Shown: piece after piece, positions 9,366 through 18,431 of the stretch
Layout: each line of letters opens with the position of its first letter
How positions within the stretch are numbered: the first letter of the stretch is position 1
Source: Chloroflexota bacterium
GTDB taxonomy: Bacteria; Chloroflexota; Anaerolineae; UBA1429
Assembly (NCBI GenBank): GCA_034722245.1
Contig: JAYENT010000043.1
Coordinates: forward strand, 93 to 64,092
Length of the DNA: 64,000 bases
Direction: 5' to 3'
Made by a program: the position numbers and the translations under genes
Notes under the pieces: model-generated
Database searches by the model: none
What the model was told of the DNA's origin: nothing
What the model saw: only the letters and a program-made list of their open reading frames with translations

Positions 9366-12161
9366 ATGCCCAGGGAAGCGCCCCAGTCTGAACCCCTTGA
9401 CCTGAATATCCTGCCAGAAAAGTACAGGCCTCAGGCTATCCCTCCCATCATCGTGATGCTTGGCGTCACGGCAGTGGTCTTTCTCCTTCTGGCCGTGGTA
9501 TCCTTTGTCCTGTTGCACCGCAACCGGGCCTCAATGGCGGAACTGAGCCACGACCTAGAGGTAGCGCAGAGCACGCTGCAGGCTCTACGTACGCCACCTC
9601 CCACTGTCATGGCGCTGAGGCAGGAGTTGAGCAGGACGCAACAAGCCCTGGAGGTGATACGGGAAGTGTATCCGACGATGGCGGCTGGCCGTCGGGATTG
9701 GGGGGGAATCTTTGAGGCCATTCTCTCCTACGATGGCGAAAGAATGCGCCTTACCGAGCTCTACCAGGATGGGTTGTATCTTACGCTTGCCGGGGTTGCT
9801 CTGAGTCGCGAGGACATCCTGACGTATGCGAGAAGGCTGGAGCATGCTGACGTTTTTGAGGAGGTCATGGTCGAGTCCTTGGAGGGTTCGGATAGACCCA
9901 TAGAGCCAGCTACCCCCACGCCGTCCCTGACCGCCACGGCTACACCTGCAACGCCGACAGCGACGCCTACGGCTGTGCGTTACGACAAGTATGAAGTGGA
10001 TGATTTTATCCCCAGCCCTATTGCCTTGGGGGAAGTGCAGTGGCATAACTTTAATCCCGTGCGCGATATGGACCAGATGTTCTTCACAGCCAAAGGCGGG
10101 AGGCGATATTGCGTTGAGGCCATCCCCCAGGTTGCGGGCGTGGATACGTTGCTTCAGGTGAGCGTGGGCGGTGTGGGATACGTGAACGACGATTGTGTCT
10201 CCCGGCAGGGCGAGTATCTGACGTGCGAGTGTCCTGTAAGCACCATGACGGGCAGCCTGGCCTCTCTCGTGGAGTTCCAGATTCCCGAGCAGGAGGAGGA
10301 CCAGCGCGTGGTGATCAAGGTGACCAACAACGGCCAGTATGGCCCCAGTATGTGGTACGTGGTGCGCGTTTACCAGGCCGAGGTTAGTGACTTCTACGAG
10401 AATGATGACGCTTCGCCCAGACCCATTGCCGTTGGGGAGACGCAGCACCGTGCCTTTTATCCCACGGGGGACGTCGATCGCGTTCAGTTCCCCGTCAAGG
10501 CGGATCGCACATATCGGCTACAGACGGCCAACCTGGCGGTGGGGGTTGACACGGTCCTTTCCGTTTTCGTCGGCGATCAAGGCTATTCCAGCGACGATGT
10601 GAGCCTCGATGATCTTTCCTCTCTTGTAGAATTTCGCCCCCGGACCGACGGCGTAGCCAGCGCGCTGATCACCAACAAGGGAGAGTTCGGCCCGCACATG
10701 ACCTACGATATCACTCTGAGCCAGGCGGGGGGCGATGCCTATGAGCCTGATGACCTCGTTCCCAGTCTTATATCGCCTGGGGAGCAGCAACGCCGCACCT
10801 TTTTCCCGGAGAATGACATAGACCGCGTAGAGTTTAACGTGAAGGCGGGGCGGATATATGAACTCAGGACCTACAGTCTGACGGTGGGGGTGGATACGGT
10901 CTTGACTGTGCTGTTCGGGGGCGTCTCTTATACGGACGACGACGTGGGTCCCGGAGATCGTTCCTCACGCGTGGTGTTCAAAGCGCCGGCTGATGGTCAA
11001 GCCGGTGTCACCGTCAGGAATCGGGAACGGTTCGGCCCCGATATGGTCTACTGGCTTACATTAAATGAGCTCTCGGCCACGCCCACACCCACTGGTACCC
11101 CCGAGCCCGGTTGCGAGGATATCTATGAGCCGGATGACGTGGTGCCCCGGCTCATGGCTGTCGGCGAAGAGCAGAACCACACCTTCTGTCCACAGGGTGA
11201 CGTGGATCGTGCCGTGTTTACAGCCAAGGCAGGCTACGCCTATGAAGTGGAGACAGATGACTTGTCCTTGGGTGTCGATACGTACATTTCGGTGCAGATC
11301 GGGGATGTCACCCTGACCAACGACGATCGCGCTCCCCAGGAATTGAGCTCCAGGGTGCAGATATCTAATATCTTGGATACAGATTTGCCCGCTTTCGTCA
11401 CTATCAGGAATAAGGGCCTTTTTGGTTTTGATTCCTCGGGCAATACGCGAGGATATACGCTGAGAGTCAAGAATGTGAATCTGAGCGAGGGCGACGATTT
11501 TGAGCCCGACATGGAGGTCAAGCGATACCTCTCGGTGAACGAGGTGCAGCGCCACACCTTTTCCCCAGATGGAGACATGGACCGCTTGTACCTGCGTGTC
11601 AAGGCGGGACGTAAGTACGTCGTAGCGACCTGTGGTTCAGAGCTCTCCTCGTCCGTTTCAGCTGTGGATACGGGCATTATAACGGGGTGTGAAAAGCTTT
11701 TGCCGGGCGTCGACAGCGTCTTGGTGGTGGCGGGGCCCGTTCGCAACTGCTATCCGCAGAGTTGCCAGAGCGATGATGCCTGGCCAGGGACGGGGTACCT
11801 GAACTCCCGCGTCACTTTCGAGGCCCAGACGGACGGCGAGGTTACGGTTACCATTTACAATAAGGGCCTGTTCGGCCCGGATAGGGAATATTATGTGTTT
11901 GTTTGGGAGGTCGCGGCTGCCACGCCGACCAGTTCGCCCACCCTTGCGCCTTCCGTATCACCCACGCCTACGTTGACGCCACCGCCTTATCCTCTCTCTT
12001 CGCGGAGCAGTTTACCCGCAGCGCGCAGTGAAAAGGGTATGGTTTGGGATTTCTCGCTACTCTCCCCGCGTTCGCTGCCTAAACTGGCCCTGCAAGCAGC
12101 CGATGGAGATGGGAATGTGGAGTTTGTGCTTGTTCTAAAGATGCGGTCTGTACAACAATGA
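9366..12161 (+). CDS. PilN-like type IV pilus assembly protein fused to five PPC-like (pre-peptidase C-terminal) domains
   Basis: The N-terminus has LNILPEKYR, one TM helix and a PilN-type region. Pro/Thr linkers and five divergent modules follow. Confidence 0.7.
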   Translation: MPREAPQSEPLDLNILPEKYRPQAIPPIIVMLGVTAVVFLLLAVVSFVLLHRNRASMAELSHDLEVAQSTLQALRTPPPTVMALRQELSRTQQALEVIREVYPTMAAGRRDWGGIFEAILSYDGERMRLTELYQDGLYLTLAGVALSREDILTYARRLEHADVFEEVMVESLEGSDRPIEPATPTPSLTATATPATPTATPTAVRYDKYEVDDFIPSPIALGEVQWHNFNPVRDMDQMFFTAKGGRRYCVEAIPQVAGVDTLLQVSVGGVGYVNDDCVSRQGEYLTCECPVSTMTGSLASLVEFQIPEQEEDQRVVIKVTNNGQYGPSMWYVVRVYQAEVSDFYENDDASPRPIAVGETQHRAFYPTGDVDRVQFPVKADRTYRLQTANLAVGVDTVLSVFVGDQGYSSDDVSLDDLSSLVEFRPRTDGVASALITNKGEFGPHMTYDITLSQAGGDAYEPDDLVPSLISPGEQQRRTFFPENDIDRVEFNVKAGRIYELRTYSLTVGVDTVLTVLFGGVSYTDDDVGPGDRSSRVVFKAPADGQAGVTVRNRERFGPDMVYWLTLNELSATPTPTGTPEPGCEDIYEPDDVVPRLMAVGEEQNHTFCPQGDVDRAVFTAKAGYAYEVETDDLSLGVDTYISVQIGDVTLTNDDRAPQELSSRVQISNILDTDLPAFVTIRNKGLFGFDSSGNTRGYTLRVKNVNLSEGDDFEPDMEVKRYLSVNEVQRHTFSPDGDMDRLYLRVKAGRKYVVATCGSELSSSVSAVDTGIITGCEKLLPGVDSVLVVAGPVRNCYPQSCQSDDAWPGTGYLNSRVTFEAQTDGEVTVTIYNKGLFGPDREYYVFVWEVAAATPTSSPTLAPSVSPTPTLTPPPYPLSSRSSLPAARSEKGMVWDFSLLSPRSLPKLALQAADGDGNVEFVLVLKMRSVQQ
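9981..11912 (+). repeat. Five tandem, divergent protein-level modules (PPC-like) inside the pilN-like gene
   Basis: Module boundaries are roughly 9981-10379, 10392-10727, 10737-11069, 11121-11477 and 11496-11912. Each begins [YF]E[PNV]DD (variant FEPDME in the fifth) and shares GD[VIM]DR..F.VKAG..Y, GVDT.L, DD and FGP.M.Y. Confidence 0.7.
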
Positions 12162-13267
12162 ATATGGACATTGGAGAAGTGGCTGGGCATCTCGAGGTCA
12201 AGAATTCTATCAGTATTGGTATTGTGGCCGGATTGATCGCGTCCATGGTGCTCTTTGGTGTGGCTTTGACCTCTTTGATAAGTGCCAGACAAGAGCGGGC
12301 TGTGTTTGAAGGGGCGTATGAATCCACTATCTCCTCCATCGAGCATATTCGCGCGGCGCAGCAGAGTCCGGAGGCGCTACGTCAGCGCATCGCGGAGGCT
12401 GAAGGGGATTTGGAGGCCTTACTGGCGACTGTGCCGACGCGAAGAGAAGTCCGTGCGGAAATCGTAAGATACTATACGTACGCGAGTAACGTGGACGCTG
12501 AGCTTGTGCGTATAGGCAAGGTAGCCACGAGTTCCAAGGAGAAAGTGGAGGGGATCTACGAGAGGCAGCGTTTTCTCCTGGAAGCGCAGGGGATGCCAGA
12601 TAATTTGATGCGCTTTCTTGCTCGTGTGGGAAGTGGGCCTTACAGCACTTTCATTCTTGCTAACATACGGATAAGGCCCAATGGGCCGGCGACGGCCGAC
12701 GCCGATCTGGAGGTCTTTTCCTCGGAGCTCTCTGGGGTTGCGTCCCCGTTCGCACCCTCCGCGGTGCGCATGTCCTCAAAGGAGGGGAACTTGGGGCTAG
12801 AAGACGAGGCGGTAGTGGCGTTGAGCGACGATCTTCAGGAAGCCATCATCGCAGGACGTTGGGAGGATGTCGTGTCGCTGGGTGAGAGATTCCTGGGACT
12901 GGGCATGGGTTCTGAGGACGTCAAAGCCGCCATATATCAAGGCTATGTGAGGGTGGGATACGATCTCTTGTCCCAGGGTGCGTTTGCAGAGGCCGGGGAG
13001 CATTTCCAGAGGGCGCTGGATATCGTGCCGCACGGCCAGGAAGCACAGGAAGGTCTGGAGGCTTTGGGGGGCGTGGGAGGAACGGAAGAGGGGGATCCCG
13101 GCAGTGATATGCTGTCTGATTCCAAGGTGCACGTCGTGCGCCGGGGCGAGTCGCTCTCGGTTCTCGCGCAACGTTACAATACGACGGTTCAGGAGATCAT
13201 GGAATTGAACGATCTGCATCGCACCACCATCTATGTCGGTCAGCAAATCCTTGTGCCTGCACGCTGA
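12158..13267 (+). CDS. PilO-like membrane protein fused to a TPR-like region and a C-terminal LysM domain
   Basis: TM helix, coiled coil and an alpha/beta region reminiscent of PilO. The C-terminal LysM reads HVVRRGESLSVLAQRYNTTVQEIMELNDL. Its ATG overlaps the upstream stop codon (ATGA). Confidence 0.55.
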   Translation: MNMDIGEVAGHLEVKNSISIGIVAGLIASMVLFGVALTSLISARQERAVFEGAYESTISSIEHIRAAQQSPEALRQRIAEAEGDLEALLATVPTRREVRAEIVRYYTYASNVDAELVRIGKVATSSKEKVEGIYERQRFLLEAQGMPDNLMRFLARVGSGPYSTFILANIRIRPNGPATADADLEVFSSELSGVASPFAPSAVRMSSKEGNLGLEDEAVVALSDDLQEAIIAGRWEDVVSLGERFLGLGMGSEDVKAAIYQGYVRVGYDLLSQGAFAEAGEHFQRALDIVPHGQEAQEGLEALGGVGGTEEGDPGSDMLSDSKVHVVRRGESLSVLAQRYNTTVQEIMELNDLHRTTIYVGQQILVPAR

Positions 13268-13276
13268 GGGAATACT

Positions 13277-14542
13277 ATGAGGTCGCATCTGTGGTCGTTG
13301 CGGGAGGTGGGGCTAGTGAGGGCGAAAAAGAGGCTCTTTTGTTTGTTGTTGGTGTTTCTTGTCACGGCGGGCGCTACCGTACCTCAATGTGCGGCGGCGC
13401 GCGCGCGCCCTGTCGAGGAGCCTGCTTCCCGGGTTGGGAGCTATGGGGTGGAGGGAACGCCTCCCCCCTCTTCTTACCTACTGCGGGCGCAACAGGCGGA
13501 TGCAACACCCACGCTCACAGAGGAAGAGAGATTGCAGGAACTCGTCGAGGAACTGGACGCTGCTTGGGATGCGCTCGACTGGGAGGAGGTACTGCGCCTC
13601 ATAGACGAGATCATGGCCATTGACCCTGACTATGAAGATATAGAAGAGAGAAAATACGATGCCCATATAGGCTATGGCTATCAGTTGTTCACTGAGGGGG
13701 ACTGTTCCGGTGCTTTGGAACAATTTCGCGCGGCGCTGGAGTTGGAGCCAGAGGGAGAGGAGGCCCTGTCGGGATTGGAACTTTTGGAGCGTTACTGTGC
13801 TACTCCCCTCCCTCCGACCGCCACGCCCACCGCGGGCCCCACGTTGGCGCCGACAGGAACGCCTCAGGCCATCACCTCCCCCATCACCTATACAGTGCAG
13901 CCCGGAGACACCCTCTATAGCCTGGCGAAGCGATATGATACCACGGTGCAGGCCATCATGCAGGCAAACGGTATGATGAGTTACCTGATATATGTGGACG
14001 AGGTGATCTGGATTCCGCCCAGTGGTGCGGCTCCCCCCGGCCCCATTGTGCACATCGTGCAGCCGGGGGAGACGCTCTATTCCATAGCGCAGCAGTACGG
14101 AACCACCGTCTGGGCCATTAGGATGGCCAATAATCTCCCGGGATATACTATTTGGGCCTATAGAGCCCTATTCATTCCCACCACCGCCCAGCCCGGCGCC
14201 ATCATACATATTGTACAGCCGGGAGAGACTCTCTATTCCATCGCCAATCGATACGACACGACGGTTCCTCTGCTCATGATGGCGAACGGCCTTCGCACTT
14301 ATGAGATCCGTGTCTATCAGCGGCTGTTGATTCCCTCGGAGGATTGGGCTACCTGGCCGCCTGCTTGGCTTCCGGGACATCCTGTCACGCCACCGTACGG
14401 TCCCGCCACATACGTAGTGAAGCGGGGAGATACGCTGTACAGCATAGCGCGGCGTTTCGGGACCACGGTGGAGGCCCTCATGGCGGCAAATGGCCTATCC
14501 AGTTCTCGTATCCTGGCGGGCATGCGGCTGCGGATACCATAA
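13277..14542 (+). CDS. Secreted TPR-like protein with four LysM peptidoglycan-binding domains
   Basis: Signal-peptide-like N-terminus and a Pro/Thr linker. Four LysM units: YTVQPGDTLYSLAKRY, HIVQPGETLYSIAQQY, HIVQPGETLYSIANRY and YVVKRGDTLYSIARRF. Confidence 0.75.
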   Translation: MRSHLWSLREVGLVRAKKRLFCLLLVFLVTAGATVPQCAAARARPVEEPASRVGSYGVEGTPPPSSYLLRAQQADATPTLTEEERLQELVEELDAAWDALDWEEVLRLIDEIMAIDPDYEDIEERKYDAHIGYGYQLFTEGDCSGALEQFRAALELEPEGEEALSGLELLERYCATPLPPTATPTAGPTLAPTGTPQAITSPITYTVQPGDTLYSLAKRYDTTVQAIMQANGMMSYLIYVDEVIWIPPSGAAPPGPIVHIVQPGETLYSIAQQYGTTVWAIRMANNLPGYTIWAYRALFIPTTAQPGAIIHIVQPGETLYSIANRYDTTVPLLMMANGLRTYEIRVYQRLLIPSEDWATWPPAWLPGHPVTPPYGPATYVVKRGDTLYSIARRFGTTVEALMAANGLSSSRILAGMRLRIP

Positions 14543-14551
14543 GGGAGCACG

Positions 14552-15445
14552 GTGCGGCTATTTGGTGGATTGGGCGTTCGGGGCGTGGTGACCGTGGCCT
14601 TTGAGGCGGAGGAACTGCGCTTCCTGACCACGCAGCGCAACCGCGTGCGCAAGTGGGGGAAGGTGCCTCTGCCCACGGGCCTGGTTTCCAACGGGCTCGT
14701 TACAAGTGCCGTCGAGATGGGCAAGATATTGGACGATCTCTTTGAGGAGCAGAGGCTGGATCGCAAGCGCGTTATCACCAGTGTGAGCGCCCTACGTTAC
14801 GCGTCGCGCATGATTACCATCCCCCGTGTGCAAGCCGCTGTACTGCAAGAGGCTATCGTGCGGGAGGCCAAGAAAGAGCTGCCCATCCCCCTGGATGATC
14901 TGTATCTGTCCTGGGCGCCTCTTCCCAGTGCAGGAGAGCAGCAGCGGGTGCACCTGCTGGGGGTGCGCCGCGAGTTCATCGACGCCCAGGTGCAATCCCT
15001 GGAGGCGGCGGGCATTCGTCCCTTTGTCATGGATCTGAAACCCCTGGCCCTGGTGCGCGCTGTGGGGGAGTCGAAGGCCATCATCGTCAATCTTGAGACA
15101 CACACTTTGGATATCGTGCTCGTCGTAGATTATCTGCCAGCCATCATACGCACCTTTTCCTTCGTGGGGGAAGACGTGGGACGACAGGGCAAGCGCGATC
15201 GGTTGCGCCACGAATTGGCACAGACGATCCGCTTCTACAACGATGGACACGGCAGTGCTCCCGTCAGACCCACCACCCCTGTGTATGTCATGGGCAACCT
15301 TTTGGGCAGCCCCGAGGCGGTCAGCTATATGAAGGGTGTCCTCGATAGGCCAGTGAGACTTCCCCGGCCCCCCATAGGTTGTCCGCAAGGACTGCCTGTA
15401 CCAGAATACATGGCAAATTTCGGTCTAGCACTCAAAAAGGTGTAG
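14552..15445 (+). CDS. pilM: Type IV pilus assembly protein PilM (actin-like ATPase fold)
   Basis: PilM-like sequence throughout (VVTVAFEAEELRFL ... LDDLYLSW ... FVMDLKPLAL). GTG start follows AAGGGAG. Confidence 0.8.
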   Translation: MRLFGGLGVRGVVTVAFEAEELRFLTTQRNRVRKWGKVPLPTGLVSNGLVTSAVEMGKILDDLFEEQRLDRKRVITSVSALRYASRMITIPRVQAAVLQEAIVREAKKELPIPLDDLYLSWAPLPSAGEQQRVHLLGVRREFIDAQVQSLEAAGIRPFVMDLKPLALVRAVGESKAIIVNLETHTLDIVLVVDYLPAIIRTFSFVGEDVGRQGKRDRLRHELAQTIRFYNDGHGSAPVRPTTPVYVMGNLLGSPEAVSYMKGVLDRPVRLPRPPIGCPQGLPVPEYMANFGLALKKV

Positions 15446-15451
15446 CGGCCG

Positions 15452-16291
15452 ATGTACGGGTATCTGGCCTTTGCTTATGGTGTGGTGGGCCTTGTAATAG
15501 GGAGCTTTCTCAACGTGGTCATCGATCGTGTGCCGCTGGGGAAATCCCTTCTTCGCCCGCCCTCGCATTGCCCTTTCTGCGGTCGGAAGCTATCTCCCCT
15601 GGAATTGGTGCCCGTGCTCAGTTATCTCGCGTTGGGCGGTCGCTGTCGGACGTGTGGCGCTTCCATTCCTGTGCGCGTGCCGATCGTGGAGGGGTTGACG
15701 GGGCTGTTGTTCACTTTCCTTTACGGGATCTATGGTGCTACTCCGCAGTTGCTTCTGGTTACAGTGTATACATGCGTGCTTCTCGCAGTGACGTTCATCG
15801 ATCTGGAACATATGTTGATCCCCAATGTCATCATTCTGCCCGCAGTAGTTTTTGCTCTGCTAACGATACCGTTCCAGCCGTTGCCCTCTGGGAGCCGCTC
15901 AGGGGGTGTCCTACTGCGGCTGTTACAGAATGCCAGGGCCCATAGCGGGCTGTCCCTCTTGGAGTTGAATGGGCTGAGTCACCTCGCCGGTGGCATGGCG
16001 GGGTTTCTCATCGTCCTGAGCATCTGGTTCGTCAGCCTGAGGCTAGTGGGCGTCGATGCTATAGGTTTTGGTGACGTGAAGTTGGCGGCTTTTTGCGGTC
16101 TCATTGTCGCGTTTCCGGGTATCCTTGTCGTCGTCCTCGGCTCCTTTATCTTGGCTGGATTGGGAGGGGTCTTGCTGCTCACCGCCGGCGTGGTAGATCG
16201 CAAGACCCCCGTTCCCTTCGCCCCGTTCTTGGTTGCTGCAACCTTCATCTTCATGGTGTGGACAGAGTCCTTGCTGGGCCTTTTTGTCTGA
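15452..16291 (+). CDS. pilD: Prepilin peptidase (A24 family) PilD
   Basis: Cys motifs CPFCGRKL ... CRTCGASI, multiple TM helices, and the active-site motif GFGDVKL. Confidence 0.9.
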   Translation: MYGYLAFAYGVVGLVIGSFLNVVIDRVPLGKSLLRPPSHCPFCGRKLSPLELVPVLSYLALGGRCRTCGASIPVRVPIVEGLTGLLFTFLYGIYGATPQLLLVTVYTCVLLAVTFIDLEHMLIPNVIILPAVVFALLTIPFQPLPSGSRSGGVLLRLLQNARAHSGLSLLELNGLSHLAGGMAGFLIVLSIWFVSLRLVGVDAIGFGDVKLAAFCGLIVAFPGILVVVLGSFILAGLGGVLLLTAGVVDRKTPVPFAPFLVAATFIFMVWTESLLGLFV

Positions 16292-16425
16292 TTGCGGCGG
16301 GAACGCAGCAAATTTATGTGATTTTTACTCCCCAGAGACGGCGAGTGCCTCTCATGGCTTGACGACAACACCTTTCCTTCTTTATCATCAATTTGTCCCT
16401 GTGAAGAAGATCTTGGAGGGTTGCT

Positions 16426-17580
16426 GTGACAGATGCCCGTGTTGCTGAGGGGCAGAATGTGCGAAAGCAAACTGGAGATGGTAAGCCGTGCCAGCAGATT
16501 GACGAACTGTTGCGCTTGTCGGCACGGGAGGAGGCATCCGATATTCATCTCAAGGTGGGTAGTGCCCCTGTGCTACGCATCAACGGTGAGCTCGTGCAGC
16601 AGTCCCAGTATGGTGGTCTTTCTATAAAGGACATAGAGGGCTTTTACTATCAGCTTACCACGCCCGAACAGCGGGCGCGTTTTGATAGGGAATTGGAGTT
16701 GGATCTGTCGTATGGCCTACCCGGGGTGGCGCGGTTTCGCGTCAATGTCGCCAGTCAGCGCAACACACTGGCCATCGCTATACGCCGCCTGAGCTCAGAG
16801 GTGCCGGACATAGACGCATTAGGGTTGCCCGAGGCCTGCAGGGAACTGGTCCTCCGGCGTCGGGGCTTGATCCTGGTCACCGGGCCCACGGGAAGCGGCA
16901 AATCCACCACGCTGGCTTCGATGATAGACTACCTCAATCAGCGCGAGGTACGGCGTATTATCACCATTGAGGACCCCATCGAGTATCTCTTTCCCGACAA
17001 GCGGAGCTTTATCACCCAGCGGGAGCTAGGAGGCGATACCAAGAGCTTTGCCAGGGCCCTGAGGCATGCCCTGCGTCAGGATCCGGACGTGATTCTCGTC
17101 GGGGAGATGCGCGACCAGGAAACCATCGCGGCGGCCATCACGGCGGCAGAGACCGGCCATCTAGTGCTTTCCAGCCTCCATACGATGGGGGCGGCGCCCA
17201 CCGTGGATCGCATAGTGGATGTTTTTCCTCCCCACCAACAGGAGCAAGTGCGGCTCCAGCTGGCCAACATCCTGGAGGGCGTACTTTCCCAGGTCCTGGT
17301 ACCCACGGTGGACGGCGAGGGGCGGGTGGCGGCTGTCGAGGTGATGATGGCGACCTCGGCGGTGCGCAACATGATCCGTGAGGGTAGGACCCACCAGCTT
17401 CCGGGAGTGATAGAGACGGGCCAGCGCGCGGGCATGCAAACGCTGGATCAGGCCTTGGTTGCCCTCCTTCGGCGGGGACTAATAACCCCAGACACGGTAC
17501 TGGCGCGGGCCAGTAACCCCGACTACCTGCGCTCGCGCATGGTGCAGAATAGTGTCGGCGGTAGCCCACGGAGACGGTGA
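16426..17580 (+). CDS. pilT: Type IV pilus retraction ATPase PilT
   Basis: ASDIHLKVGSAPVLRING, Walker A GPTGSGKST, Walker B ILVGEMRD, and a GHLVLSSLHT His box. Confidence 0.9.
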   Translation: MTDARVAEGQNVRKQTGDGKPCQQIDELLRLSAREEASDIHLKVGSAPVLRINGELVQQSQYGGLSIKDIEGFYYQLTTPEQRARFDRELELDLSYGLPGVARFRVNVASQRNTLAIAIRRLSSEVPDIDALGLPEACRELVLRRRGLILVTGPTGSGKSTTLASMIDYLNQREVRRIITIEDPIEYLFPDKRSFITQRELGGDTKSFARALRHALRQDPDVILVGEMRDQETIAAAITAAETGHLVLSSLHTMGAAPTVDRIVDVFPPHQQEQVRLQLANILEGVLSQVLVPTVDGEGRVAAVEVMMATSAVRNMIREGRTHQLPGVIETGQRAGMQTLDQALVALLRRGLITPDTVLARASNPDYLRSRMVQNSVGGSPRRR

Positions 17581-17747
17581 AAAGCCCTTTAGATCCGTTT
17601 TGAGGCTTTGCCCCGCCCATTCACGGCTTGACCCATGGTCAGACAGGCCTTTCCCTCACCACGTGCGGTAAGCGTTCTCCCCTTGCGTGATTCGGCATCT
17701 CGGTGATCGTAACCCTTTGCGCCATCGCGTGTTGTGGTTCTCTGAAC

Positions 17748-17776
17748 TTGCGAGTGGTGGCCTGCCTAGGTATAAT
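17748..17776 (+). promoter_or_regulatory. Sigma-70-like promoter for acpP
   Basis: TTGCGA, 17-nt spacer, TATAAT. Lies about 58 nt upstream of the acpP ATG. Confidence 0.55.
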
Positions 17777-17834
17777 GCAGGGCGGTATCGTGTGAGGATT
17801 TGTTACAGCACATCGAAAAGAGGGGGATCATTTT

Positions 17835-18068
17835 ATGGACGTCTTTGATCGGGTTAAGAACATCATTGTGGAGCAGTTGGGCGTGGACGAGTCGAAGGTC
17901 ACAGAGGACGCGCGGTTCCGGGAGGACCTGGAGGCCGATTCGCTGGACCTCGTGGAGCTGATCATGGAGTTCGAGGATGAGTTCGGCGGCCAGATCTCGG
18001 ACGAGGATGCGCAAAGCATAGAGACGGTGGGCGATGCGGTAGAATATATCGAGGAGAACCTCGCCTAG
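17835..18068 (+). CDS. acpP: Acyl carrier protein
   Basis: 77 aa with the phosphopantetheine site [16 protein letters not shown]. Confidence 0.95.
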   Translation: MDVFDRVKNIIVEQLGVDESKVTEDARFREDLEADSLDLVELIMEFEDEFGGQISDEDAQSIETVGDAVEYIEENLA

Positions 18069-18431
18069 GAATACTTTTGACCCTCTTGTGAGAGAACGGG
18101 GATGCCAAAGAGATCGTTTCTTTGCGTCGCTGGTCTCTTTTTATATGCCTGGCCTGGGGGGCGCACTTGCGTCTTGGCCATGGTGACGGATAGCATGGCG
18201 AACCTTCCCTTTGCATATGCGTCGTGGATAGATAGGTACAGCATGCCTGTAGACCACAACTGGGCCGTCCTGTGCGGTGGGCGGAGCGGCGTGGAAGCGT
18301 TTTCGGCAGGTAGAAGGACTGAGCCTTCCTGTAAAGATGCTTCATTGCGGCCTCTTAGGTGCTGATCGTAGATCCCGGGCTGGGCATAATGAGTTTGTGC
18401 TGCGTCCTGAAGGTCGTGTTGAGATATGGGG

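Noticed and set aside
9981-11912. Periodic repeats that might suggest a CRISPR array or DNA tandem repeat
   Set aside because: The periodicity is at the protein-domain level (modules of about 110-140 aa) with low nucleotide identity, and it lies inside one continuous ORF. The 51-nt palindromic elements are likewise not CRISPR repeats: they are kilobases apart with no regular spacers.
18069-18431. Known housekeeping ncRNAs (tmRNA, SRP RNA, RNase P RNA, 6S) in the long gap after acpP
   Set aside because: I could not find their conserved sequence landmarks: the tmRNA GGGG...CCA ends, the SRP GGAA/AGCA motif context, or the RNase P GGAAAGUCCGGGC motif. It is left as an unassigned region.
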